Source: Marsupella aquatica (lineage: Eukaryota; Plantae; Marchantiophyta). From it: a stretch of DNA of 64,000 bases. Both the position numbers and the translations under genes were made by a program. The notes under the pieces are model-generated. The model ran no database searches and had not been told where the DNA came from. It was given only the letters and a program-made list of their open reading frames with translations. The stretch is taken from NCBI GenBank assembly GCA_973895155.1, contig OZ316893.1:15282645-15346644 (forward strand), read 5' to 3'. Positions 49,872-64,000 of this stretch are shown piece by piece (within the stretch, counting starts at the first letter, position 1; each line of letters opens with the position of its first letter).

Positions 49872-52800
49872 CCTCTAGCCGTGTCTATAAAAAAAACATT
49901 GGAAATTAAAAAAAAATCTAACATTTAATGCAAAACACTGATACATCAATTCTAGAACTTCCAAACGTTAATTACTCCTTACCTCATTCTTTGTTTGTTT
50001 CAATTTTACTCTTCAGTTTTTTATCATTTTTACAGTTACCGGGATTGACAGTTTTTTATTGCCTTGTCACAAACATGTACCATCAGGTTTTGTTCTTCTT
50101 TCACATCTAGATTTTCTTGTTTGTGACCATTCCCGCTGATGTGGCTTAACGTGGTGCTAGGGATTTTGGAAGGATATTAAGAAAAGTGAAAATATTAAAA
50201 ATTAAAAATTCTTTAGTGACAATGTATTTAAAAATACTTTCTTTTTTCTGAGTAAGAATAATGTTTTGGGGTCTCATTTTGTTGCGCTGCAGCAGACTTT
50301 GGTTGCACTTGTTGGCCTGGAGCTTTTGGCAGCCAACACAGGGAAGGAGGAGGTAGGTGAGTTAAGCCTGCAGCCAATGGCACCTGGCCGCATGAGAAAG
50401 CAGGAGACCCTATTGAATTGAGGACAAAGGGTTGAATTATATCTAGTGAGGAAATGCTAACCCATAATTCTGTGAAGTGAAGGTCAGGTTAATGAACTAT
50501 ATCATTAACCATACCAAATTCTTATATTTGGGGAAGACATAACTAGTAAAAACCTATCATCACGATACCTTCAACCATACTGTGTGGGGGCCATTTTCGT
50601 CTCCGTTATCACAATGCGAATTAAATTTCAACGAAAAACACTGGGCCGCATCCGTATTGACTGCGCAGTCGACGGTCGGTGTGTGTTCCGGCTCCGATCA
50701 TCGAGTGCGTCTGTACCGGAACCGAAAGGACTAAGGAGGCTCTGTGCGTCATAACTCTGTATGATTGGTGGCATTGTCAACAGGAGCAAGCTGAGTACCG
50801 TAGCAGTAGTGTACTTGTACCAGGCCGCGAACGAGAACGTTTATTATGAGGGAGCAAGGCGAGCTCGAGTCCCGACTAAAGTCCATACTCAAGACTACCG
50901 TGCGAGTTCTCATCAGATTAAATCCCTACAGTACTACGTACACTTTGACGAGACATTTAATGCAGATTTGCGTGCTGTAGAGCGGTATTGTCGTGTACGG
51001 TTTTGTACGGGGGAGGTGGTATTGTCGGGCGAGGCGTGTGGGATTCTAATGCCTTTGAAGATTCGTTTGAGAATGAGGGCAAGAGGGATGCAAGAGGACA
51101 CCAGGCCAGTGGGGAAATTCAACATGGTGCAGGAATAATGCAGACTGGGGGCTAGGACGGTGTCAGTGCACTGGAAGGTACGCCACAGTGGCGGACTCTA
51201 CAGTTTAGTAGTACCTGCAAGTGGAGTATTCTGTCTGCAAATGATTATCATGAGTTCGACAACTTGTTCGCTCAGAGACTGCGATTGCGAGCATTTTTCC
51301 AGGATCTTCCTCTCATACTGTCATTGACAAGCTGTCAAATTTGAGCTTGTAAAGTTGATCGTTGCGACGGATTTAGGGTATTGCCTTGAACAAATCCGAA
51401 TACTATGACCAGCGACGCAAAGCACACTCCGGAGGTTCATGAGATGGTGAGATACGAGCGTTCGAGCCGTGTTCCATGTGGAGCCTAGCTCGGGGAGCCA
51501 TCTCGAGCTGTGGTGCAGTGTGGCAGCTGTCCCCTTTAAATTTAACGATCCTGATGTAAGCCTACGATTTTGGATCGGGAAGCTGGGTGGGGGCGTACAT
51601 TGGAGTTATGCTACATCCCAACCCCTTTTAAAATGAACTTCCCGAATTCTCCATCCCTTCTTCCAAATTTTCATCCATCCAAACAAATATTTGAAAGGTA
51701 TCAAAGTGAGCTGCATCTCAAAACGTGAGGGAGCTCGTTGTAACGGAATGAATGCTATATTTCCCTGATGATGAAGTGTGGGCATATTTCATTCGAGCTT
51801 TGCGGCCAAAGCCAATCTCTGGCGATAATTAATGATATTGATCAGGCAATTTGCAACACTACTTCATCTGCATCTTTTCATTCTGTTATTAGGGAACTCT
51901 TACTGTACCGTGAAGTTATAGCCCTGCCCCTTAACTCGCGTCAGACGTTCTTGCCACACAACGAACAGAAAACTGAGATGCCATGGAAAAGTTTCACTCT
52001 TTCTTTTCTCTTTTGCTCTCTAAGGCAAGGTAGAAGATTTGCCAGTTTTGACTTCTCATTCGTCGAATCGAATCAGCTGTTGGTCCATTCGCGGATCGAC
52101 TACACTCTAGGTCTTTACGGTGTGCTGCCACGAAGGGAGCCGACCAACAACAAATTGACCCACCACGCACCGGCAAGCTGCCTAGCTGACGGACTGCGAC
52201 TGAATCCCCAACTACCTGTGGACTTTTACTGTACGAGTGGCAAATTTTTGGTCCTTCTTTTTCTAAAAAATGCATTGTGTATGCAGATGCACGGCACGTT
52301 AATTACCAAATCCAGGACCAGCTACTCCAGCCCAGCAGAAGATCCCAATCGGACTGCCTTTGAGGTCATACTCGAGGAGTCTCCTGCATTGTATATCCAT
52401 TAAATTATATCATGCAGTATATCTTCATCCACGGCTGCAGAAGAATGTGATCACCCCCTGAGTAGGGAGATTTCACTTAGATTCTTAATACGTGAGATTA
52501 ATAGTGTGTGTAGTCATTGTCAGTCCAAGTCAGTCAGTCACGAACAAAATAACAAAAATCTGCTGCCCTCTGCATGCAACAGCATTACGTAACTTTGAGA
52601 TCGGAGAATCGCTTGTTTAGATTCTCTTCTCATCTTTTGAAACGGCGATGGGACTCTTCCACAATCGTCTCAATTTTGAAGCCAACAAAAAGACCGAATT
52701 TCGGCTCACCGAAACTGTTTTCCCAGGAATTCAGCTGACCTCTGGTCGATCGATCACTCCAAAGCTAGGCCGAGCGAGATTGACAGTTCATCAGAGTGCT

Positions 52801-55800
52801 TTCAGGAAAAGAGAGCAAACAAAACATTGTCTATGCTGTAGCGTATCGTGAGACTGCCGCAACGCCCATGGCGAAGGACGAATGGACAAAGGCAGCCATC
52901 GCCTTGGTACAGGTACAACAGCACCACAAGATGTGGGGGCGGGGCGAACTGGATTCTAGTGAACTAGCATCCACTTATTGCGGGCCTCTTTATTGATTAT
53001 AGTCAGGCTGCATGCCTCGATTCAACTTTATCCTCTACGAGGCAAGAGTCATTAGATGTGCTCATTATCGATCACATTACAAATGATAAATCCATTCCTC
53101 ATGTCCCCATTGTCATTGGCTCTCTTCAGCTTTTGGGTCTCTGGACCTTTTCTGTGGCATATAATATGTTTTGTTTAGTGATGTGGTCGGTAAGTTTGTT
53201 TAAGACGAAGACTTGTCTTGTTCGCGGCATACAGTAGGTGACTGGGAAAATGGTGTAGCGTTCAGTCCAATGTGTGTGTATGGTACGTACTTACGTATTA
53301 TAGAAAGCACTCGGACTGGCAAACTGCTTTACCGACTGACAAACAATCTTGTTCCCATCTCGTGTGAAGCTCGTAGCTGGATTTCGTTGCTGCTCTTTTC
53401 GAGGCAGCAAGAATGCATTGTGGTCGGCATTGCATGCATGCTCTCAATCCACTCTTTCGTCTTCTGTACGAGGCCGTTGTTTTTATCGTAGACGATACCA
53501 CGGAGTATATACAGGGCGGTAAAAGTGTAAGCAGCTCCCTCATTTGACACGGCAAAAACGTTGGCACTGGCGTTACATATTACACCTTGGTTAGCCCAAA
53601 TACCATTGCTTATTGCTTATGCACAGTAAAGACTCTCTGTACTCGGACTTCCATCTCTGGACCTATTCACAAGCAGTATTTAAATATTGAAACTTTTAGC
53701 TACAATTAATTATGATCCACTGATATATATATCAAGTAGGTCATGAATGGTAAATTTTGATTGAAACTTTTAATATACTTAGGATAGCTTGAGCACACAA
53801 GAGCAACATGCTGCACGACTTGTTTCCTCCAAAGCGATTTCCCTCTGTCCTCCCCAAAGACAGAAGAGTAACATGCTACTGTGGAGAGTATAATTATCAT
53901 CACCCATGTCTTTACAATGTGCCAAATCTTCAGACGACTTACACAAATAAATTATTTGTTTAAGTCAATAAAATTACACCAGGCCCGTGAGCATTTGGTC
54001 AAATTAGCTCCGACTACCCGTTCTTTGAAAGTCAATAGCGATGAGGACCAAAAAGTGCTTGAGACAAAATAGATTTGAGAAAGTAATAAGGATAGTGTAT
54101 CAAATGACAAAGGGAAACCCCACTTGAGAAATTTTTCCATCAAGACTCAAAACTTGATGGTAAAATGGTTCAAGTGAGGGAAAACCCTAAATTTTATTGA
54201 AATGATGGAAATCTGAACATAAGGTATGTTAGATGGCTTGTAGATGTCAACATGACATACAACAATAATGTCATATGACAGCCACCATGAAATAGTCCAT
54301 TGTAGACTACACATCTGCTTGAATATCTAGAAGTGCACCATTTGCTTGGAGCGTGGAACCAACCAAGCAACCCAAACTACACCTACAAAAACACCCAAGA
54401 GAAGAAGCCAAAAGAACGGTCATAGGAGGAAATCAATTGCAATAGATCGAATGCATCGAATGATGGAATATAAACTTTTCAAAGAGAGTGGAGTAAGCAA
54501 TATAACCCTCTTCAAAAAGATTCCAAGTGCTAAGAAGATCCAATCATGTCATCAAAAGAGGGATCAAGTTAGTATTGAATTTAAATGAATGTGGAAAGAA
54601 TATTTACCTGTCAAATATTGAAACAATTGATTATTGCAGCTGGGAGTAGAGAAGCCGCTCTATCAAACAAACAGAGTACTATTCTCCCTCTTAGTGAGTG
54701 AGTCGTCTCCAACCCGTATTTTCCACTCTTCCTGTTTACATCCTTCCTATATGTTCAGGATAATGGCTGTATTACTCCCGATTACCCGTCTCTCAACTAC
54801 AGGTTCAAGCTTTCACGTCCACAAATGATAGACAGTTGTTGCTCATGGAGGGAACTTTTTGGCGTGCTTCCAGCTTTTGTTTGTTAGATTTTGAAACATG
54901 CTCACATGATCCGTGTTTTGATTCTATAGTGGCTCCCCTTTGGCGCCTTTTGGAAATGAACAGTCCAAGCTAAACCCAAGTCAAAGCATGCATAATTTGG
55001 ACAGCTCTTGTGGAACTTCAAAACTTGACAGTACTGTAGTCTGTTGGGCCCAGGTTCCATCCTTCTTGCTCACACTAGATTGTGTGTTTCAATGGTGGGG
55101 TCTGATTGGGCTACGGAAAAATGTTAGGTGGCTTATACTTCCTCCTGAGATTTCTTTCTTGTTGTTTAGGTCACCAGCAACGTTAGCTAGACTACAAATA
55201 TTTGATGCCAGAATGAGCTTCAAATTTGCCTAAGTGTAGAGCTGTAGAGACAACCCTAGCCGATTTTTTTATTCTTATTCGTATTATTATTTTTGGGGTG
55301 GGGGGAGTTCCCTAAACTTGTGTTGGAATTCCTAATTTGCTTTTGGCTCAAGATTTATTGATCCTTCACAGGGTTCCATTGAATTCACTGCTATATTGTT
55401 GGAAAAATGGTTTTTTTCCTGAGATTTTTTCTGATGTAAGCAAGTTAAGTTCAAACGTGAGATATCAGTTATCAATTTGGTCAAGTGATATTTTCAGGTA
55501 ACTTTTTGAGTTCTAGAGGGTACAGATACTGAAAAATTAAAAGGAAAACTATTTTGAAAAATACACAAGATTGAGTGTTACTTTGGACTCAAGATCATTC
55601 ATTTTTTACTAGCAGTTCAAACAAAAGTGGAAAACAACAGTTCTGAAAATAGACAAAAATTAGTGTTACTGCAACTCAAAATCAAATTTTACCAAAATGA
55701 GTCTGTGTTAGTAACACTAATTTGTACTAAAACTAATTCTTGCATAACATAAATCAAGGTGAACAGTGTAGTTGATGAGATAGTTTAGCCTTCTAGAACC

Positions 55801-58800
55801 CTTCCTTTAATACGCTTCAATCTCGAGGGTTTCACTTTCACAAAAATGGCACATCACGTGCGACGAAATATATGGTCATTTTATTGGTTCAAAGAGAAGA
55901 CTTAAAACTTTTTTGAGAAGAACAATAGGGTCTTTTAAATCAAATTTTGAGACTTATAAGAACATTAGGGTACTTATAACCAAAATTTTGGAATATTCCA
56001 AGAATATTCTAACTTTGTAGGGGTTGCATTTTTTGAATTTTGTTTTACATTTTAGGGGGTCTGAGGCCTAAAAAAATGTCACAGGTGGTGGGGAGGCATC
56101 CATATAGTGAGACCCCCGAGACTTCAATCTGACTCTTGCCATGTTGTACCAGAGTTTAACTTGTCAACTCTTGACTTGAATTAAGTAAAACTTCAATTGT
56201 CATCCTTTGGGAAGAATGATGCTCCCATGGACCACAAGTTGGTCTTTGAAACCCCCTTGGACCAGATTTCCCCAAATTTGAGTTTAATTGTAATAAGTTG
56301 ATGCTAGTAAACTTGAATATTTGTTAGGTTTGAGGATGTGCTAGAGGAGTAGGTAAGCTACACTTCCATCAAAGTGACTGAATTTTTGGTCATTTGGTTT
56401 GAGTTATTCATCATGTAATGTGGAGAGGTAAATTTCTATTATATAAATTTTCATCTTGTTAAGATGAAATACTAGGGCTTGTGTTTTTCCAGGTCTCCTC
56501 CTTACTTACTTGCCTTGCAGGAAAGAACTTAAAATTAAAATATAATAAACTCATAATCATCAAATTATAAGCCCAAAATTCACATGTACCACATGAAGGT
56601 CTATCTGAGCTTGACTTTCCTGCTTTGGTGAACTTTGGATAGGCCATTAAATATTATACTCCTCAACCCACTTTGGTTAGGCCATTAAATATTATACTCC
56701 TAACTGACAAGCAAAGGTAGCTGGGGTCAATGTACACAAAACAAAGAGAAACATGTCCGCACAAATGGGAGTGGGGCAAGTCAACTGTCACTTACAGCGG
56801 GACAAGTTTTACCACTTTTTGTGGCATTAATTTAACATGTGAAGTTTGAAAAATAAACGTTCTCATAAGTGCAAAGGTTGATTATGGAGACTCATACCCT
56901 AGTGTACCATAACAGGAGCAATGTATTCAAGATTTGTCTTTTGAAATTAAAGTGAGGATCCATGTTGGACACATTGCTCCCGTGGATCACATTTGGTGGA
57001 CCACGGGAATTTGGGGTGCACGATTTGATTATTACGAGTCTTAAAATGATAAGTAATCTAATGAAACTTACCTCTCCATAATCTGTGATGAGAAATTCAA
57101 CCCAAATGGTCAAAATACACAGTCACTTTGATGGAGTCATAACTTACTCACTTTATGAGGATGAAGTTATCAGAAATAAACTCAAATTTTGGGAAATGTT
57201 ATCCATGGGGTTTTCAAAGATGAACCTCGTGGTCCATAGGGCTTAAAATTCTTTGAAAATAAATCCATGTATTCAGTACCCTACGCCGGAGTACTGGGTG
57301 AGAAGGTCGAGGGAAGCCTACATCGCATCCGGACGGCGCGTCGCGTTGGCGCATCCAGCGGCCTCTTGGGAAGATGGGAGGAAGCGAAACCCTCTGGCGT
57401 CCCGTCAGTGTTCAGATGTGTGAAGTCGACAATCGGACGGCCGAACTTGGGCACAGTAGTGCCGTCACGGCGGTACGTGGGTCTGGGAGGGCTGTGCGAC
57501 GAAGTCATCACACAACACGGTATCGGTCGTGGAAGGAAGGCCCAAACCGCCAAAGCCCAAACAGCGTAGCGGGTGACATGATGCCCAATGACTCCAACGA
57601 CGACCGATGACTTGACTGCGTGCATGCCTTTGTACCTGCTTTTAGATATTGATGACTTGCTGAGAGGGACTCGTGACATTGGTCCATTGGCAAAAAGCAT
57701 GCATGCGTGATTGTATTTATGGAGGAGGGAGCGAGCGGGGCTCGTCACCTTGGGCCATTTGGCGAAGCATGCATGTAATAATGGATGGAAGAGGGAGCAA
57801 GGGACTAAGACGAACGTCCCCGGAGTTATCTACATCTTTTCTTCTACACTATAATTTGCGATCCCATACTCTACTTCATAAAGTGGAGCCTAAGTTTTGA
57901 TTCTTCTGATAACATAAAATTTTGAGATTTATACTGTGTTCCCTACATGCACAACTATTTGGATATTTAACACTTTTAAGAACGGGTGAAATGAAGGGTT
58001 CACTGTTGCTAAGCCCAAAAAATGAGTTGCCGTAAATTCTCACACCCACCAGGTTGATGCATGGAACCCTGATTGAGATCGTGGGGCAGGGCTAGGAACT
58101 CAAAAAATTGTCTCATTCTGGCTCCAGCCAAATGTGCAAGTGACTTAGAGTAACGCCCATCGTGAAATCATTCTGGCCGCATCTTCAGCCTATGTTCAAA
58201 TCAGGAGTAGTTCAACTGAGAGAAGTGCCTAGGTAACAATTGACACACCTTGATTGTCCACATTATAAAAATCTATTTGAAGTGTCTAATTTCTATCGCT
58301 CACCATTATTGTCCGGGAGCAATTCTGGTGGGTCAAAGGGATGGGACTGGATACGAAAGTGCCTTGTCCCTCCCCCATGAAAAAGATTGTGTGGGTTGTC
58401 CCAGATTGAGAAAATGCTGTGGGACCAGTTTTCTCTTGGAACAAGCCTCGTCCACCAGCTGATAAGATTGGACCAAACGTGCAAAATGCCATCTCCTGCC
58501 CCCATGAGGAAAATGCTGTGGTTTGTCCTACAGTGGGAACACGCAACTGGACTTCCGTGGGCCAGACGATCTGGGCAAATGCCTCGAGTCCCTCCATGCA
58601 ATATTCTGTGGCCTGTCGCATAACAGAAAAACACTGGGCTTGGGCTTTTTTTGACAACATCTCGTCTTGCATTAGAGTATACAAGAATTACATAGTGGAG
58701 GAGCCCCCCCTAATACTGCATGTGAATGGACTCTTGTACATCCGAGGAGTACCCTTAATATTGCATGTAAATGGACTATTCTGTAGTCAAGACCAGAGAG

Positions 58801-59129
58801 GATGGTTTACACGTTAACAACAAATAGAGTTGGTGAAACAGGTGCAGGTGAAAAGCACACCCAAAAACCCTTGTGAAAATGTCCAAAATGTCAACCCAAC
58901 TAGTCCAGCAAATCCATTTTTAGACCTGGTCAATCCCACATCCTAGTCCAAGCGATGTTGGCGAAGCCGTGAAGGAGACCCTGGGCTGTCAAGTTTGAGA
59001 TTCATGAATATGTTTATTTATTAAAAGTAGTATTACAGAAAATTAAATTTAAATTGTTTAGATCGGGAAAATGTAATAATTTGCACACTTGTGGTTTCCA
59101 TGTGTCATCAGCTGTCTCCGTGGCAGATC

Positions 59130-59257
59130 GATGGAGAGGAACCACCCTAGGGACCATCAGGTTCAAGCAAAAAATAATTAATTGTTGACCATTTCCATGG
59201 ATGGAGAGGTACTGCCCTGGGGACCATCAGGTTCAGGGAAAAAACAATTATTTGTTT
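59130..59257. repeat. Tandem duplication, 70-bp period x 2
   Basis: GATGGAGAGG..C..CCCT.GGGACCATCAGGTTCA starting at 59130 and 59200. Confidence 0.85.
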
Positions 59258-61373
59258 AAAATCCGTACGAAACGTTTAGGTAACGTTTGGCTAACTTGGA
59301 AACCATATACAATGCATATCTTGGGAACATTGTAATCATTTCTGCAAGACACTGGTTTATCAGTTTTTGTTTGTTTGTTTATGTTGATTTTGAATAAAAA
59401 GAGAAATAAGAGATGGAAAAGAATATTATCTTTTGGCGCATGATTGCTTTAAGGCATAGTTTTTGTAGAGCTCTCACTAGTTGGGAATTCGGCATAGTTC
59501 CTCTGCAGCCCTCACTAGCTCAGGAGTATAGTGCGAGAGAGCCTCCTTTATCCCCGGTAAAATGTGCCGTGCTCTGGAGCTATTCTGAGTGGCTCCTCAG
59601 CGCCCGGCAAAACGCCAGCCAGCAGCAGTAGAGGATTAGAGTTGCTTACGCATGTGTGAGGTACTGAGATAAGTAGACTTGTAGAGGAGGGAAACCAGCA
59701 AACGGCCAAATCGCATGTGAGACCGCTAGCTTCGATGATGGCCCCAGGCGGCCAGGGCCCGACCAGACTGATTGAGGCAGCAGCAAGGGAGGGGAGGGAG
59801 GGACAGCCAGGAGAAGGAGCAATTATTTGGAAATGAAAATTGCTCACTGGCCAAGGACAGCTAAGCGGATTTTGGATCCACATTCCATCTGATGGTAGAA
59901 TCCTCTGGGTCCGCACTCCAGCAGCTGAAGGCTGAAGCTGCAGCCCTGTATCTTCGGAAATTGAGGTCCAGCACTCGCGCGAGCGAGTAGTAAGTAGGTA
60001 TTACTGACTGCCTCGCCAGCGACGATGCTATATTAGCCTGGAGGATCCGAGGGAGAAGAACGAAGCGAGGAGAAAAGCTAAACGAATGATGGGGCCTCGG
60101 GGAAGGTGAGCGGGGCAAACGAAGAAGGCAGAGTAGCGTACACCTAGGAAAGGGGAGCAACATAGCAAAAGTGCCAGTTGGTCCAAGCAGGCCGTCAATC
60201 ATTGTAGGTCACTAGTCGTAGAAATAGTAAGTAGCAAGTAGTTGGACGAGGTGGGGAAGGGAGCAGTCAGAGACTCAGAGGTACTTTCTACACCGTCCTG
60301 GTAAAGAGTAAGCTCTAGAGTCAGGTTTGATTGTGTCAGTAGCACTGGTACTAATACAACTCTGAGGGTCAATGTGAAAATATTGCATGGCCTAGCTAGG
60401 ATCCTGATGAGTCGTCGTGTAGGGACTGTTGAGGCTTGGGGTTTTTGATGAGTGTCCGTCTGTAAGCACGAGGGGTGACAACTTGCAACGTGGTCAGGCT
60501 GGTTATGGCAGAGATTATATAGCGGCAACAGGAACGCTAGGCCAGAGAATTTTACAGTTGGCGCACGAGTAGAGGAAAAACGTAGTAGCGTTGCGAGTAC
60601 CGCCCCGTAAACTTCCGTATGACTGTGACGCAGCTCGATTTTCCTCTTCTTCCACTCCTTTGACATGGCTTGCCACCTAGTACGAAAACTCGAATGGTCC
60701 AAGTTTGGTGCAGACTAATGTCCTGGAATTGACTTTGTCGCGTCAATTCGATCGAATACTTGAGCACGTAGCCTTTGGTCCTGTTGGGGACTCTGAGCTT
60801 CCCAATTGAGGCTGTTGACATCCTTGGCTTGAAGGCGGGCGAATACGACCAGCAGGGAAAAGGGGGAAGGAGGACGGGAGGGATGAATCCACTCATGAAT
60901 CCTATTCGTTTGAAGCCTCGAATGGTATCATATTACAGGGTCAGAGCTGGTTTTAGTTCCGGTCCGAGTTCAGATTTCTCCTAGCAAGGACTGACAAGCA
61001 CCACAGACTCGTCTGTCAATTCTCTTTGGGACCTCCAAGAAACATTTTGTCTCTCTCGCTGTCTGGGGAATTTCACGCTAATGATTGACTTTAGGATACC
61101 GTGATTCAAGTTCAACGTGGAGATCCACGTTGTTGTCCAAGGTTTCACCGAGGCAAAGGAAGGCAAGGACATCGATATTCGGGCAGATAACTCAACCTGT
61201 AGTGTTGCTCAATACATGTCCGCTGCTTTTCTCGTCTTGTAGTAGTACTCCGTCGACTTTGCTCAGGTCACCGAAACGTGAAGGATGACAGTCGAGGTGA
61301 CAGTCGACGAAGTGCTGGGGAAGGAGCACTATTTTTACACGAAGGTTCCGATAGTGGATCTCCATCAACCACA

Positions 61374-63105
<1,732 letters not shown>

Positions 63106-63119
63106 GTACATCCATTCAT

Positions 63120-63144
63120 CAACCAACCAACCAACCAACCAACC
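63120..63144. repeat. (CAAC)n microsatellite in a GH9 intron
   Basis: About six CAAC units just after the donor site at 63106. Confidence 0.9.
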
Positions 63145-64000
63145 ATCTCCTAACAAAGTTCCATCATATGATCAGACATTGTCGTCCACCGCGAGCTAGC
63201 TCACACTTTTGGCTGGCCGCTCCTAACGAACGCGCTTTACAGCGTCATGCTCGCTGCACTGCGCACGGCTGTGAAAATCATTCGAAGGCTAGGGCGCGTT
63301 TAGTCGTCTAAAGTACCCAGTAGACGTTCATTCATTGAAGCTGCCCGTCAACATTGCCAAATCTTTGTGACGACGTCGTCCTGCCGTCGTGTGTGTGGAC
63401 CAGCAACACCCCCACTGATCGATGATGTTCTACCGGCCTGTGCGAGCGAAGTATCCCTGTAACCCACTGGAATCCGTCGGGGCCCTCCGTCTGGGTGATC
63501 GGTTGCCTTTGCGCAAAGATTCCCAGAGAGTCTTTGTATAATTATTATAATGTAGTTGGCAGATCGTGGTCTGTAGCTCGTACTGGCGGCTTTTCCAACC
63601 CGCTCGCTCTTGCAGCTCCAAAGGTGCACCGGATCCTTCGATCACACGCTTGGTGTGCTCGCATTCCTGGTTGTGTCAGTTCCTCGCCGTGTGCTGTTTC
63701 CGTGCACATGAAGGGTCTTTGCATTGGTTCTTTGAATGTTTCCGCACTTCCCAGTGTGACGGTGTGACTAGAGATGTGAGCGAGCATTGGGCTAGCTTTC
63801 GTGTTGGGCATGGGTAGCGTACATCATGCTACTGTTGATCTTCCTCGCCTTGTGTGGGGTCCATAGCCCTCATACGTCTAGCTTGGTAGCCCTGTGGAGA
63901 ATCACCTGAGGAAAAGCTTTTTGTCTGTTCCAGAGTGGTCTGTCATCAATCACTTGAATTGAATAAGGAAATTGAAGTTGTCAAAATCTTGGAATGATCA

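Noticed and set aside
51768-52403. 211-aa ORF
   Set aside because: No recognisable domain or splice structure; composition looks like translated noncoding DNA.
54182-54191. Isolated AAACCCTAAA (similar motifs at about 5757 and 12053)
   Set aside because: Single telomere-like units with no adjacent gene or array; expected by chance or within repeats.

Overview
Nuclear DNA of a land plant, probably a non-seed plant such as a bryophyte (inferred from gene style and intron layout, not proven). Four intron-containing protein genes can be reconstructed from GT-AG sites and conserved peptide motifs: 40S ribosomal protein RPS3 (-, 6634-7941), an HD2/HD-tuin nucleoplasmin-like protein with a C2H2 finger (+, 16997-21380), a spermidine-synthase-like SAM methyltransferase (+, 25658-28857), and the 5' part of a GH9 endo-1,4-beta-glucanase (+, from 61374, running off the window). 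The last HD2 intron hosts a well-formed box C/D snoRNA whose guide matches the U30/SNORD30 site on 25S rRNA. A young full-length Ty1/copia element (31175-36886, 403-bp LTRs with 4 mismatches, CAACC target-site duplication) sits inside a small TIR element and has an in-frame TGA exactly at the gag/pol junction. The rest is mostly degraded repeats: LINE fragments, short tandem duplications and a dispersed twin-hairpin repeat. The most puzzling unexplained signal is a roughly 600-bp cluster of long rod-like hairpins, dense in GTTAC/GTAAC motifs, at about 42.2-42.8 kb. Most short ORFs in the supplied track look spurious. All coordinates and folds were read by eye.
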